Source: Camelus dromedarius (Eukaryota). From it: a stretch of DNA of 64,000 nt. The translations under genes were made by a program, and so were the position numbers. The notes beneath the pieces are model-generated. The model saw nothing but the letters and a program-made list of their open reading frames with translations. It was not told the DNA's origin and did no database searches. Each line of letters begins with the position of its first letter. Within the stretch, counting starts at the first letter, position 1. Below, piece by piece: positions 41,854-54,327 of this stretch. Where the stretch lies: assembly GCF_036321535.1 (NCBI RefSeq), contig NC_087436.1, forward strand, positions 67,892,001 through 67,956,000, in the 5' to 3' direction.

Positions 41854-42851
41854 CCAAATTTGACACAGGAAGAAATAGAAAACCTGAACAATTCACTACT
41901 GAAGAAGTTAAGTAAGTAAGTAGAATCTTTCTCAACAGAAATGTCAAATGTATTTATTGCGGAATTACTCTAAACATTTAAAACAGAAATAATCACAATA
42001 TTACCCAGACCCTTCCAGAAAACAGAAAAAGTGGGAACATTCCCAACTTTCTTTGATTAAATCATCATAACCTTGATACCCAAACTTGACAATGATTTTC
42101 CAAAGGAGGGAAACACTGCAAGCTAATCTCAGTTATGTACATAGATTCAACAAACTTAATAAGATTTACAAACTAATTCCAGTAATCTATAAAAGGAACT
42201 TCCCCATGATCTGATTGACTTTATTTCAGTAACTCATGGCCCTGTGTCAATTTAAAAAGTAATCAATGCAATTCACTACACTAACAATAAAAGGAAATTA
42301 TATGATCATCTTATTGATGCAAAAAAGTATTCAATAAAATTCAAAATCCATAGCATAAAAATCAGCAAATTAGCGATTTAAGAAAACTTTCTTAATATAA
42401 AAAGATATCCACAAGAAAAATATTAGCACATATCATACCTAATTGTATAATGTTGACAGAATTTCTTCTGACATTGAACATTAGGATTAATCACAATCAT
42501 CCTTTATAGTCAACATTGTACTGGAGACTAGGTCTTGGTTAAAATATTGGAATTTAGAAACACTACAAGGATTGAAATGTATGAAATAACTTGTCATTAT
42601 TTGTAAATAATGTAATTCAGTAAGTGAAAAATCCAAAAGACTGTACAGATAAATTATTAGAATAAATGAGTATAACATGGCTCCTAGATATTAGTCAATA
42701 AAATATATTAAAAAGAATATGAAATTAATGTGATAAATACATTTACTGAGAATACTATAAATTCAGTTTTGAGATAAATAAGACCTCAAATAAGTAGATT
42801 ACAACATTCAATGATCAGCAGGCTCAGTATTATACTATCAATTCTCTACAG

Positions 42852-43438
42852 TATGTTTATTAGGTTTCTATTGCTGAGTAACATATTCTGACAAATTTAA
42901 TAGGTTAAAACAACACTAATTACCTCACAATCTTCTATAGGAAAGAAGTTTGGGCAGGGCTCAACAGGGTTCTCTGCTAAAGGTATCTAAAGGCTTAAAT
43001 TGTCAGCCAAGTCTGCAGTTTCAGCCGAAGCTCAAGTGAGCTTCATGTTGACCGATTTCACATCCTTGAGGTTTCAGAGCTGAAGTCTCTGTTTTACTGC
43101 TGGCTGTTGGCCAGCATTGCTCTCAGTTCCTATAGACAACCCTCGGGTTCCAATAATGTAGTCATCTCACAACATGCTGGCTTACTTATTTAAATCCAGC
43201 AGGTGATTCTCACTCTGTTCTGCCACAGTGGATTCTTACATAATGTAATGCAATCACAAGTGTGGACTATCTTATTATATTGCTTATAAAACAAAACCTC
43301 ATCAAGCGACTAATGTGGCATAATATTAACACATTCTACCCACACTCAGGAGGAAGAAATTATACAAGGCATGAACCCCAGGAAGTGGTTATCTCAGGGG
43401 CCATAAGAGAATCAGGGGGCCAAGACTTCTGCCTAGTA
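42852..43438 (-). mobile_element. MaLR solo LTR (MLT1E-like) inside L1
   Basis: 'tttattaggtttctattgctgagtaaca...ttaaaacaacac...gggttctctgct...ccacactcaggagg...ttatacaaggcatgaac..cagg...ttctgccta'. Confidence 0.8.
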
Positions 43439-43614
43439 TGCAATACCAATCTAAATCCTAAGAGTTTTTGAATGAAAATTGAAAACTAGAGTCCAAAATT
43501 ATTATAAAAATAAATAGGTCAAGAATAGGAAAGTAAGTAGTAAAAAGGAGACAAATATGATAGGACTAATTTTATTGGCTATCAAGACATATTTTAAAGC
43601 TTAACATATTCCAT

Positions 43615-45800
43615 GGAAGGGCATTCGTTTACTAAAGCAATAGGAAAAAGCTGGTAAGAGGGACACCAGTATCATCAAGAATCTCAGTAGTGGCTGCCTG
43701 CTATACAGGCTAGGCTGAAGGAAGGAGATAGTATTAAAGAATTAGGTTTCCAAATAGCAAGGCGAGGGGGTGGGGGAGAGAATCCTTAAATAACAAAATC
43801 AGCATAGTGTATTTAATTATCAGATGCAAGGCAAGTACAATTATTTTAATGAGTATTAAGAATGGATTAGTAGTCAGGAGGACTTAATTTACAGACAACT
43901 ATGGAAATGGTCAGTAGAACATGGCTTTCACAATGGCAAGAGAGACGGTGGCCAACAATGGCTTAATTTATACAACCAAAAGAAATAGAGATAAATGATC
44001 AAGAATTGGAGGTAGTCTTTCCAATGAAGAATTAAAAATTCCTTGCCCAGTTTTCATACCTGATCGAGTTCTTAACTCAGAACTCACTGACTGAGACTGA
44101 AACGTATTAAAAAGAAGGACCCCAAAATATCTTGTCAATTGTATATGATGATAATTTTCCTAGACCTTCCCAAAGGGACCTACAGTCTTTCCCTTATGTA
44201 ACCCTGCCCAGAGGAAAATGGAATACTCAAATATTTGACAATGATCAGTTCAAATTTTCACTAACAACTGGAAACAAAATAGCTCCCCTGTTATAATGGG
44301 AGCATAGGGAGACATGTAATAAATAGAACCATGGCCCATGTCTAGCTCATTGTAGGTCCACTGGGTCTACAGACATACCTGTTGGTCAATTCCCTGGTTT
44401 TCAAATAAATGCAACCGGTAGTCAACAAAAACTCCACATTATTTACTTGGCCTGTTGTATAAGAGTTATTACAGGGGAGGGTCAAAGTGAAGCCTCAGAA
44501 TTGCCAGTTTCACCCAAGGCAACGATTATGAAATAATATTGTATTCTAAGAGGAGGTAGCGAACTAGTGCCACCCTTAAAGACCGAAAGGATTATGATTT
44601 GCTCATGCCATCTTATCTCTGTTTAATCCTCCAGTCTAGCCCTCACAAAAACAGATGGTTCCTCAAGGAAAATCACACATTCTACTAAAAGGTGGCCCTA
44701 CTTGCAGCCACTGTACCAATACCATAGCAGATCAAAGCTTGGGTTTGGAATATGGTTACTGATCTAGTGAATGCATTATTCTCCATCACCCTAAGGAAGC
44801 TGGATCAGAAGCACTTCACAGTCACAAAGGACAGACAAATATATGTAGTTATGGTGTTGCCCCAGGCTTCTTTATCTCCTCAACCTCTGTTTAACATACT
44901 GCTAACAGACTTAGATCATTGGTCACTTCACAGAACACCACCTTGGTCCACTAAGTTGATCCATCATGATGATCAGTATAGATGAAGAACAAGATATGGA
45001 AAGTGTATTAGAGGTCATAATAAGACAAATGTTCTCCAGAAGGTAAGACAAAGCCAAAGGAGATTTAGGGTCCTACCATACCAGTGAAGGTGTTTAGGAG
45101 CCCAGTAGCAAGAAGCATGCTGCTACATACATGACAAAGTAAAGACAAGTCATTGCATCTTGTACCTTCCTCTGTTAAAAAGGAAAACAGCCTGGTCAGA
45201 TTTTGGGGGTTTTGAATATTCCACACATGAGAATACTGCTGTGTCCGATGTACCTAGAGGCATGGAAAGCAGCAGGTTTGAATGGAACTACAGTAGGAAA
45301 AGACTTTGTAGCAAGTCTAGACTATGGTGAAAACCACTCTTCTACTTAAGGCCAAACAACATAGCAGGTGCTAAGATACAAGAAGTATCTGAAATTGCGA
45401 GAGATACCCAGTGGAGTTTACGGCAAGGCTTGACAAAAAAATTGTGATGTAGATCCCAGGTTCTAGAGCAAGGCCATGCCTTCTGCAGTAGAGAACTACA
45501 CAGCATGTGAATAACAGCTCCTGTATGCTACTGGCCCCTCATAGAGATAAAATGTCTGGTCAAGTGTCTCTGTGTCCAGAGCTATTATCCATCATGCAGT
45601 GGGTTCTGTCAGATTCACCATCAAATCATAAAGCTGGGTGGACTCAGCAGCAATCCACTATGGAAGAGATATGTTAAGGATCAAGAAGAAGCAGAGAACA
45701 TAAGTAAGCTGTGTTCTGAGGGGGACCAGTATCCCATATCATCCATCTCTGTACTACCAGTACTTCTCCTCAACTCAACTTGTAGCCATGTGAGTAGTCC
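43615..45800 (+). mobile_element. Class III (ERVL-type) internal region: decayed gag-pro-pol
   Basis: Translated remnants QRDLQSFPYVTLPRGKWNTQIF (44171-44236, protease region), SLFNPPV*PSQK (~44616) and TDLVNALFSITLRKLDQKHF..VLPQ (ORF 44752-44985, RT motifs A/B); many stops and frameshifts. Confidence 0.85.
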
Positions 45801-47053
45801 CTAAAGAGTTTCTCTTTTGCTTAAACTTGGCTTCTAGGTAGACATTACATTCCTGTCAATTCACTAATGCATTTTGTATTTTATCATTTTATTGGGATAG
45901 TAGGGAATCTTCTCTGCCACACCTACTAAAATTGGAATGCTAGTATCTGAAATTTATTTGGTCATTGAAAGTTATTGTTTATATATGTTCTATAATGCTA
46001 AACATATACACATGACAGGATATCATGATAATTTTGTTAGACAAATGTAACATGCCCATGGCTAGTAAAATAGCAATTTTTACCACTTCACTGATTTTCT
46101 TCTCAGTTTAGCCCTTTGTTCTGCAGTACTGGCAATCCTGAAAACTTAATTAAAAGACTTGGAAAAAAATCATAGTATGTAAGGCAAAAGAGAGGGAGAA
46201 TACCTTAAAAAGATTAGTCTAGTCTCATTTCAGAGTTCAACACCCAAAAAACCAATCAGCTTTGGGAGGACAAAATATTTCAAATTAATTTTTGTACTTA
46301 GTTGAAATGTGCTATTAAACATGTCAGATCTTTTGCTTTTTTCCCACATGAAATATGGCAAAATAACAGCAAATTTTTTAAAATGGAAAGGTCATTCTAC
46401 ATTTTAAGCTCCTATCTGGAAATAATAACAGATTATTTGATACAAAATACATGTATATATATACATATTTTCCATATTACTATACACCTATATACAGAAA
46501 TTTGAGAATCCACCTCTTATTTTGAAATTCCCAAGAAAGTGTGACAGGAAATCTAAAACAAAGCTTAAGACATCTTTTTCCTGATTTCAATAACATTTAA
46601 AATATCTATATTTTATGGTATGAAAGAAAACTATCGTATGAAGCAATAACTTACACTTAATGCATTTCTAAGTGCTTCGCAATTATTTTTATTCTGGTAA
46701 TTTATATAAATAATGGGATAACTTAATAAGAATTATCAAATACCATACTGCAAATTAATGAGAGGGTAAAGAAATAACTAAAATTCTGATTCACTAAATG
46801 TGCTTTGTGTATAATTCTGGATGCTAGATTTAACAAATGAACATCTTTTTAAAAGTGTAATTAAGAAAAGAGCTGAAATCAAGTCTCTGGAAGCAGGAGC
46901 GATGCAATCAGATAGATTCTTCATGCTTCATAAAACAATTGTGAACATTCATTATAAAAGGCCATATAGAATTGAACCAAATGAAATTGTGTCTGCATGA
47001 AAATGTCCAGTTCACAGTACAGATAATTTAAATAAACCAAATTTGCATATACA

Positions 47054-47585
47054 TAGTGGATCCTCATTATTTGTGGATACTGATTTTGTGAATTTGCCAA
47101 CTTCCTAAAATTTGTTAGGAAACGCCAAATCAATACTCAGCATTTTCAGTTATACCTGAACATGTTCAGAACCAAACAATTTGAGGTGCCTGATATACAT
47201 ATTCCCAGCTGAGATGCAACAAGGATGACTCTGCCTTGTTTCTCTCTAGGACAGAGATGACCAGAGGATCTAGACAGTAGGGGCAGCGAGTGGAGTGCAA
47301 GAGTCTCTGGCTCTGGGGCCAGCTGGATGGGTCTGAATCCCAACTCTAGTACCTGCTAGCGGGGCAGTCTCGGGTAATATGGCCACTTACTTCTGAACCT
47401 CATTTTCTCTTTTGTAAAATAAAAAAAATGGAATCTACCAGAATAAGTTATTTTAGTATTTAAGATCATAATCTATGTGAGATGTCACACACACTTTCCC
47501 TAGGGGCAACAGTTTAGCATTTGCTAATTCAGTGTTTGTAGCAACTTTACAGAATGTGATTACCACAAATAATAAGATTTGACTG
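47054..47585. mobile_element. TcMar-Tigger MITE (MER47/Tigger5-like) containing a MIR-like segment
   Basis: Imperfect TIRs 'tagtggatcctcattatttgtgg' / 'ccacaaataataagatttgactg'; internal 'ttcccagctgagatgcaacaagg'; MIR-like block at ~47280-47470. Confidence 0.8.
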
Positions 47586-49369
47586 ATTTCATATACATAC
47601 ATACACACAAATATATACTTTTATAGAATTTAACTCTGAATTATACATAGAGACATGGTCTGAAATAGTCTTAAATCGTATTTTCATCTGCAATAGTCAT
47701 AAAGACATACTCTCATGTGAGCAGAGCTAGGAATGATTATACTATGTAGTGTTCAGAGAGAATGAAAATCATGCACTGATGATAAATCACTGACTTATGG
47801 TTAATAACATCCTGCTGAAATAAAAATGTAAAACAAACAACAAAATTAAGTACCTCTAAAATGTGGAAAGAATATTAAAGAAATATATTGCCCATCACAA
47901 TTTACTAATAATGGCTTTAAACAAGTTGCTGAGTAATTACCTTTTTAAAAACTAAAATTTTATGAGGCAAAAGAAAAAGATTAATCTTCAATTAGTTTCT
48001 AATTTAACAAAAATTATAGTTTTCTATTTATATTTCCACATAATCAGAGGGATGGTATCTTTTATCTTATATTTATAAGCAGTTAAGTTTTTTATTTCAT
48101 TGCTTATAGCAGATATTACTGATAATAGAAAGGATGGAACTAGGTTATAGAAATATGATATAAGTCAATCTATGTTTTATGCTCTACTTCCATTGACAGT
48201 ATACATCACCTATGGTCTATTGATGATTTCAAAAAAGAAAAGAATCATCTCAGTTTCTTTCAGAGTATACTGATTAAAATCCACTGTTTTGGTTAAGAAT
48301 GGGTGATAAGATTTCTCAAAATAGTTTAAAAAAATACAACTATCATTTAAAACTGCAACCAATGTTTGCTTCCTAAGATGCTTCAGTACTGAAATTGCCT
48401 TTGCAATGGACTCCTTTGTGCTCTGAGGGAAAAAAAGCACATATAGTAGTATATGATATGATTATGCAAATATAGACCAAATACCTATTGATTCTTGGAG
48501 AGCATCTAAATGCAGTTGTTTAACATGAAAAGTTGAGTAGTGGTTTTTATTCTACTGTTCAAGACTTGGAAATGAGTAAGAGAGTTTAGTGGGTTAAGAG
48601 TGCTGGCATTTTTCAGTGGACCCTCTCTGGGTCTTATGTGACTTTAAATGATGTACAACTTTAACTGAATTTCTATTGACTAGACTATTTTTCTGTCCAC
48701 AGTAATGCAAATGATTTTTGTTTCCAGCAACACAAATAAATTTACTCTGGTAGAGAATATAAATATCCATATTAAAATTCAAATTTGAACAGGTTTTAAC
48801 ATCTTACTAGTTTCCCCATTAATTAAGTTGAATAAAATCTTTGGCATATGCTAATTTTATATTTTATAGGAGTTTTAGGTTTAATAGTTAAAATGTTTAC
48901 AATGTTCTAATGTGTTAAATATAAGTTTTATGAGTCATGATTTTACATTTTTGAAAAGTATATTTTCAAACTATGAATAGGATTTGTATGAAGGCACGCA
49001 GCAATAGTCTACTGTCTTTGTTTATTTTTTCTGTATAGAGCTAGCCTGCTCCATGCTTAAAGCAATAGGAACATACAGATATGCTCTTTCTCTTCAAGTA
49101 ATATGGGAGAAGAATCTGAAGAAAACTGAGAATGACTCTCCCATTGACCTATTAGTAACAACTTTAAGTCTGCCATTAGTTAATGGAGGCAGGGAATGAT
49201 TATAAGATAGTAAAAAGTAAAACAAAGCAACTAAAGCAGAGTTAGTACATTTTTTAAAAAGAGATTAGGTTGAAAAATAGATGAAAAAGATTTGTTGGTG
49301 GCCTCCTATCATGGACTAAATTTGACTAATCTGTATATAACACAAAGCCATTAGGCATTAAAAGTATCA

Positions 49370-49580
49370 GAGTGAAAGATGCAGAATGGGTATCAAACCA
49401 AAAACCTAAGTTCAAATCTCAATTCCGTTCTTTATCTGCTGTGTCACCTTGAGGAAGTTAAGTAACATCTCTGAGCCATGAAGGTTCTTTATTTCTGCCT
49501 TCTGGAATTACTGTAAAGATTAAATGAGATAGAATTTAGAAGGACACTGTGAATTAAATCTTTAGCATTATGCAAATGTT
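49370..49580 (+). mobile_element. MIR SINE
   Basis: 'acctaagttcaaatctc...gctgtgtcaccttgaggaagtta..acatctctgagcc...gtaaagattaaatgagata'. Confidence 0.75.
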
Positions 49581-51039
49581 AATTATGTGTGTTCATAAAA
49601 ACCATGAGAATAGCTTTTTCAAATAAAAAAAACTACTGTTCCTTTGGATGGGAGATTTTAGATATATTCTCATGGTCCCTTTAGTTACACATAGACTAAA
49701 ACTTACATAATGTATTTATGTAGTTATACTCTTTCCATATATTTCTTTGAACTTATTCCAATATTATTATTACATTTTGTCTGTTTCCTTTGAGAACAGC
49801 AAATTCCAAGCGTGCTTTCTTTCCTACCACATACAACCCAGCTAATAATTTCAGCTCTATATAACCTAACCTATGGCTACACTCTACCTTTTAACTTGAC
49901 TGATATTTCTCCTAGTTTACTAAATCATCCTGATTTTTGTCATAAAATAGAAGCAGACTTTTATATTTTCACATATTGATTTTTATATTCAGAAGAAAAA
50001 CATTTGAACATGAAAGACATTGATGTATATATACAGCCAACTCATTTTTTTCTTGAGTGGGCTGAAATAACTAATGCCTACTTTGAAAATGTTAGATCTA
50101 CACACAAAAGCGTGTTGGGAAACTTGACAGCTGTCTGTTCCTTGGCCACAACTCCAGTTCTCTCCCCTCCTCAAAAGAAGGCTTTCTCTGCAACTACAGC
50201 AACTGGCAACTGTTGGGGTTAAGTTCTTTGAAGGGCTGCAAGTGGTTGGATGTGATTCTCTTCCTTTGTTTTTAATGAATTACAATCCCTAGGCATTTTC
50301 AAGAAGTTGTTTTCTCTGAATACCCACCTTATCATTACATTTCCTCAGGAAAGTGTTAAACTGAGTATATTATTTCTTCCAGAAAAGCATTGCAGTTGTG
50401 TAGCTTATTTCTTTATCCACAGCTAGGCTGTGGGTTCCATCACATGATGGTCATCTGGTATACTCTTTCTGTTCTCCTTCCTTAAAACACATTTTCTAAG
50501 TGCAAAACAACAAAACACTTTAAGAACCAATTTAATCTTCCTTGACTTTCTTTGATAGTGATTTTATTATTGCCTCTTAATACATTAACTATTCATTTAA
50601 AAAGAAAAAGTAAGTCATTATCAAGTTTAACATCTCATATCTGGTTTTCTCCTGAATCTCTAACTTCCTTTTAACTCTCATAGTCATTGGTGATTAAAGC
50701 ATTATTATATTCTTGTTCAAAAATACTACTCTGATAGTAACTGCTGAATTCATTTATTGCAAAGTAGTATTTCCCAGATAATGTCTCTGTTCCATCTCCT
50801 GAGAAGTGCTTTCTATGGAGAGCAGATAACAAAGAGATAGCCAGTTGTATTCTCACAAGAACATCTACATTAGGAAAGCCATCCAAAAAACAAAAGCCAT
50901 TCCAAGCTGTAGAGATTCAGCTATTGGTGCTATGGTTTTCAGATGTGGAAAATCTATTGAAAAGTCTGATAAAGTTGCACCAATCAATATTTAGTTCAGA
51001 TAATTAATATTTTTAGAGCCTTGACCGTATGACTTCTTT

Positions 51040-51230
51040 ATAATCAACTCTTTGTGCCTGAAAATCCTGAATTTGAATTCCAGCCCCAATATAGTTGTAA
51101 TTTTGAGTAAGTTACATAAATTCTAAATGTAGAAAATGAGGATTATAATAATGGCTGCATGGGGAGTTGTTGGGTTGAATCAATGAGATGATGCATATCA
51201 GAGCTCTATAAACAGTCTAGCATCACAAGA
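51040..51230 (+). mobile_element. MIR SINE
   Basis: 'cctgaatttgaattccagc...ttgagtaagttacataa...tgtagaaaatgaggattataata'. Confidence 0.65.
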
Positions 51231-52401
51231 AAATGTATTCTTTCCTCTATATCTTTGCGAGTCCTAACACTCTCATACTCAGGTTTGGGTGGCACAGCAT
51301 CAAAGGGATAAAGACTGACAAAGGGAATTATATTTCCTAATAGGTGTTCCCTAGATTAATAAAATAAAATATGAGGAAAAATATTTTATAAATACAATAT
51401 GCTAGGCAAATATACATTTTATGTGATGTTACAAAAAGTAAATAAAAATTTTCTTGACATTTTCCAGTTCATACACATCTAAATGGTTACTTTTATATGA
51501 GTATTATCTTACAGTATTATAGCAATCTTTTAGAAGTTAAAAGAACACTAGATCAACAGCAACATGTGACTTTTTCATTAAATAAGGCTTTGGTTTGTTT
51601 TTGTTGGCATTGGCTAGTCCCCTATCCCATTTACTCTATTTGTCCTGCTTTTAAGGTTTATGATGAAAGTCAGAATTCTTATCCTTGTTCCTCTGTAGAT
51701 AAGGTGTTTTATTTGGTTTCCTTCCAGATTTTCTTTGTCTTTGGTTTTATGTAGCTTGAATATGACATGCCTAGGAGTATGTGTGGAGGTGTGTGTTTTT
51801 ATCTATTACTTTTGTTTTCTTGTTATTTTATCTCTTTTTTTTGGGGGGGGGGGGTGTTGTCCAAACATCTTGACTCTCTCATTTGGTGTCTGTCATTACT
51901 TCTAGAAAGTTCTGTTTCTTCAAATATTTCTTTTGTCCCCTTCTCTCTTCTCCTGTGGTATTCCAATTATAAATATGCTACACATTTTGGTATCTCCTCA
52001 CAGGGGTTTTTTTTTTCTCTCTCTTCACATTTGAGTTTGGGAAATTACTATTGACCTAGTTTCAAGTTCACTGATTCTTTCATTGGTTCTGTTGAGTCAT
52101 CTAATGAGCCCACCAAAGGCATGCTTTATTTTTGTTACTGTGGTTTTCATTTCTAACTTTTCCTCTTGATTGTATTTGCATAGTTTCCATGTTTCTGACG
52201 ATCTTGCCTTTTGGCATTGCATATTTTCTATTTTTTGCATGAGAACCCTTATCAGACTAATCCAAGTTATTTTAATTTTCTTATCTGGTCATTTCAACAG
52301 CTGTGTCATACCTGAGTCGGGTTCTTATGCGTGCTTTGTCTCTTCAGACTGTATTTTTTTTCTTGCTTTTGGCATCCGTTCTATCATTTTGGTGAAAGTA
52401 G

Positions 52402-53038
52402 TGGTAGAGCAGGCAGATAGCTAGATATGAGCAGAGAAAGGGGGCACAGACCAAATGGCAGAAACTGGGTAGAAAGGAGGGGCACAGGCCAAATGCAGGA
52501 AACCATTCATCATGTAAGCACCAGGAGTTGCTGGGCAGAGAAAGAAAAAGCAGGAACCTCTAGGCTGATAAGTGGTCACACCTTTGGGGGTTAAAATCAG
52601 TCCAGAGGCAAACAAAGAAAGGTGGGAAAAGGGAGGAATCTCCAGTGTTCCAATGTAACCTTTTGCTCATTATGCCCTTATTACAATACGGTTAGCCTTG
52701 CAGCTTAGAAGTACCCATCATGCATGGACACCGTGACACTTCCAATCCAGACTAACTAAGGACAAAAATCCCTCCCTTTGGAAAGGTGGAGTTGGGATGA
52801 AAATCAGGGAACACAACCCCAGACCCTTTCCTCCCTAATGAGTACCACCCTATGTAACCAACTTGCTAAAGAAACTCAGGGCAGTCGCTCACCTGAGCCT
52901 GCCCGCTCTCCCCTTAAGAGTTTACTATCCATCCCTTAATAAATCCTCACTTTACTTTTTTAACCTCCGTGTCTTGTCTCTGAATTCTCTCTGGGATGGG
53001 ACAAGAACCTGGAAGACCGGTTACATCCACCGCCAACA
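52402..53038 (+). mobile_element. ERV1 solo LTR
   Basis: TG...CA termini, TSD GTAG/GCAG (3 of 4 match), AATAAA near 52938, U5-like 'tgaattctctctgggatgggacaagaacc'. Confidence 0.85.
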
Positions 53039-53373
53039 GCAGTACCTGCTGTAGACGGTTAACTATACTGAGGTAAATATGCCTATAGTGAGAGGATCTG
53101 GAGTGGGGCTGTGTTTAGTGATTGCTGCAGTTGCAGGTACCAGAGGTTTCAAATTCCTCTATGTCCTTTTTGTCTCCTCTTTTGGCTTGGGGAGGACCTT
53201 TTGGACTGTTGCTCAGAGAATCTGTATCTTGAAGCTCTTTAGGCTAAGACCCACTGATATAAGGCCTAAGGCTTCCTGGTGTGGTGGTAGGGTGTAGTGG
53301 AGGAAAGGTACTCATAAACTTGCCAGTAAGTTTCAGTCTTTTAATAGGCCTGTGTCTTGGGGGTGTTTCACAC

Positions 53374-54327
53374 TGTTAGCAGATAGAGGGGCCCCTAGGC
53401 TAGGAGGCCCAACAAAGTGTGGGTCCTTGCTGCCAGCTATTAACAAATTCATGCAGCAGGGGCAGAGGGACAAGGTGAACAGCTGCTTTACTACTCAGAA
53501 GAGGAAAAGGAAAGAAAGTGCTCGAGTGAGGATAAAGTGCTCAAGCAGGGAACTGTCACCAAGATGGCCAGTGGAGACAGCTCTAGCTGCGGCTCGGGCC
53601 ATGTGGACGTTTATGGGAGGCTTCTGCCATCGTGTCCTCACTCTGGGTGTGCTGAAGCCAATTGCCTTTCTTTTCTGTTTTTGTACATGGGCTTTTCCAG
53701 TTGCTGTTATGGCAATTGTCAAAGGTCATGGCACTGGTGAATGTGTCACTTAGCATGCTAATCCACTATAATGACTGTATAATGAGGCTCAAGTTCCACT
53801 GGATGTCAAATCCTCCACTGTCTTGAGCTTCACAGGTTCTAACCAGGTCTTGTTTCTTTTCTTTGCCTCCTGAGACTTAGATAAGAGTAACTGGTTTCTA
53901 TTCGAGGGAAGAGCAAGGGTATAACCCTGGGGGCAACAGCCTTGGTAACCTGGATGCTGCCTCAAGGCAGCACTATTGTTTCTTGATTGTTCTTCCCTTG
54001 TTTCTGCATTCCCTCCCTGCCCTGATTAGCAACTGTTTGAATCTGCTCTTTGGAACTCAGGGAAGGTCAAGGAGACTTAAGGAAACCTATTTCCTTCATG
54101 CAAGAAATGGGGCACACCTGGATGCTGCCTCAAGGCAGCACTATTGTTTCTTGATTGTTCCTCCCTTGTTTCTGCATTCCCTCCCTTCCCTCATTAGCAA
54201 CTGTTTGAATCTGCTCTTTGAAACTCAGGGAAGGTCAATGAATGAAACCTATTTCCTAAATGCAAGAAGTGGGGCACATGGAAAGATTTGTACTAGGGAG
54301 GACCCCACAGGGTCCTGCTTGGTATCA
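53374..54327 (-). mobile_element. ERV1 solo LTR, mosaic (MER41-like core plus LTR39-like end), 954 bp
   Basis: TG...CA termini with perfect TSD ACAC (53370-53373 and 54328-54331); 53725-53846 is homologous to 63736-63856. Confidence 0.85.
53948..54277. repeat. Two-copy tandem duplication (168-bp and 162-bp units) inside the LTR
   Basis: Units start 'acctggatgctgcctcaaggcagcactattg' at 53948 and 54116. Confidence 0.95.

Larger units (their letters stand above)
36880..43600 (+). mobile_element. Long old L1 (endonuclease to RT region), fragmented by several nested insertions
   Basis: EN-region 'atactatgcaaacactaac..ggtgtggctatattaatatcag' (~38140) and RT-region 'acacaggaagaaatagaaaacctgaaca', 'catcataaccttgatacccaaacttgac', 'tatatgatcatcttattgatgcaaaaaagtattcaataaaattcaa'; pieces are collinear. 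Confidence 0.85.

Noticed and set aside
44752..44985. RT-like ORF as a domesticated or active reverse transcriptase
   Set aside because: Catalytic YxDD is disrupted by a stop and a frameshift, and surrounding frames are riddled with lesions
48210..51000. Minus-strand ORFs at 48210-48440, 49989-50174 and 50671-50886 as exons of one gene
   Set aside because: Some splice-like signals exist (acceptor near 48423, donor near 50082) but the peptides match nothing I recognise and no consistent exon chain could be built
53948..54277. Repeat units with a palindromic head, superficially CRISPR-like
   Set aside because: Only two units, no unique spacers, no cas genes, mammalian LTR context
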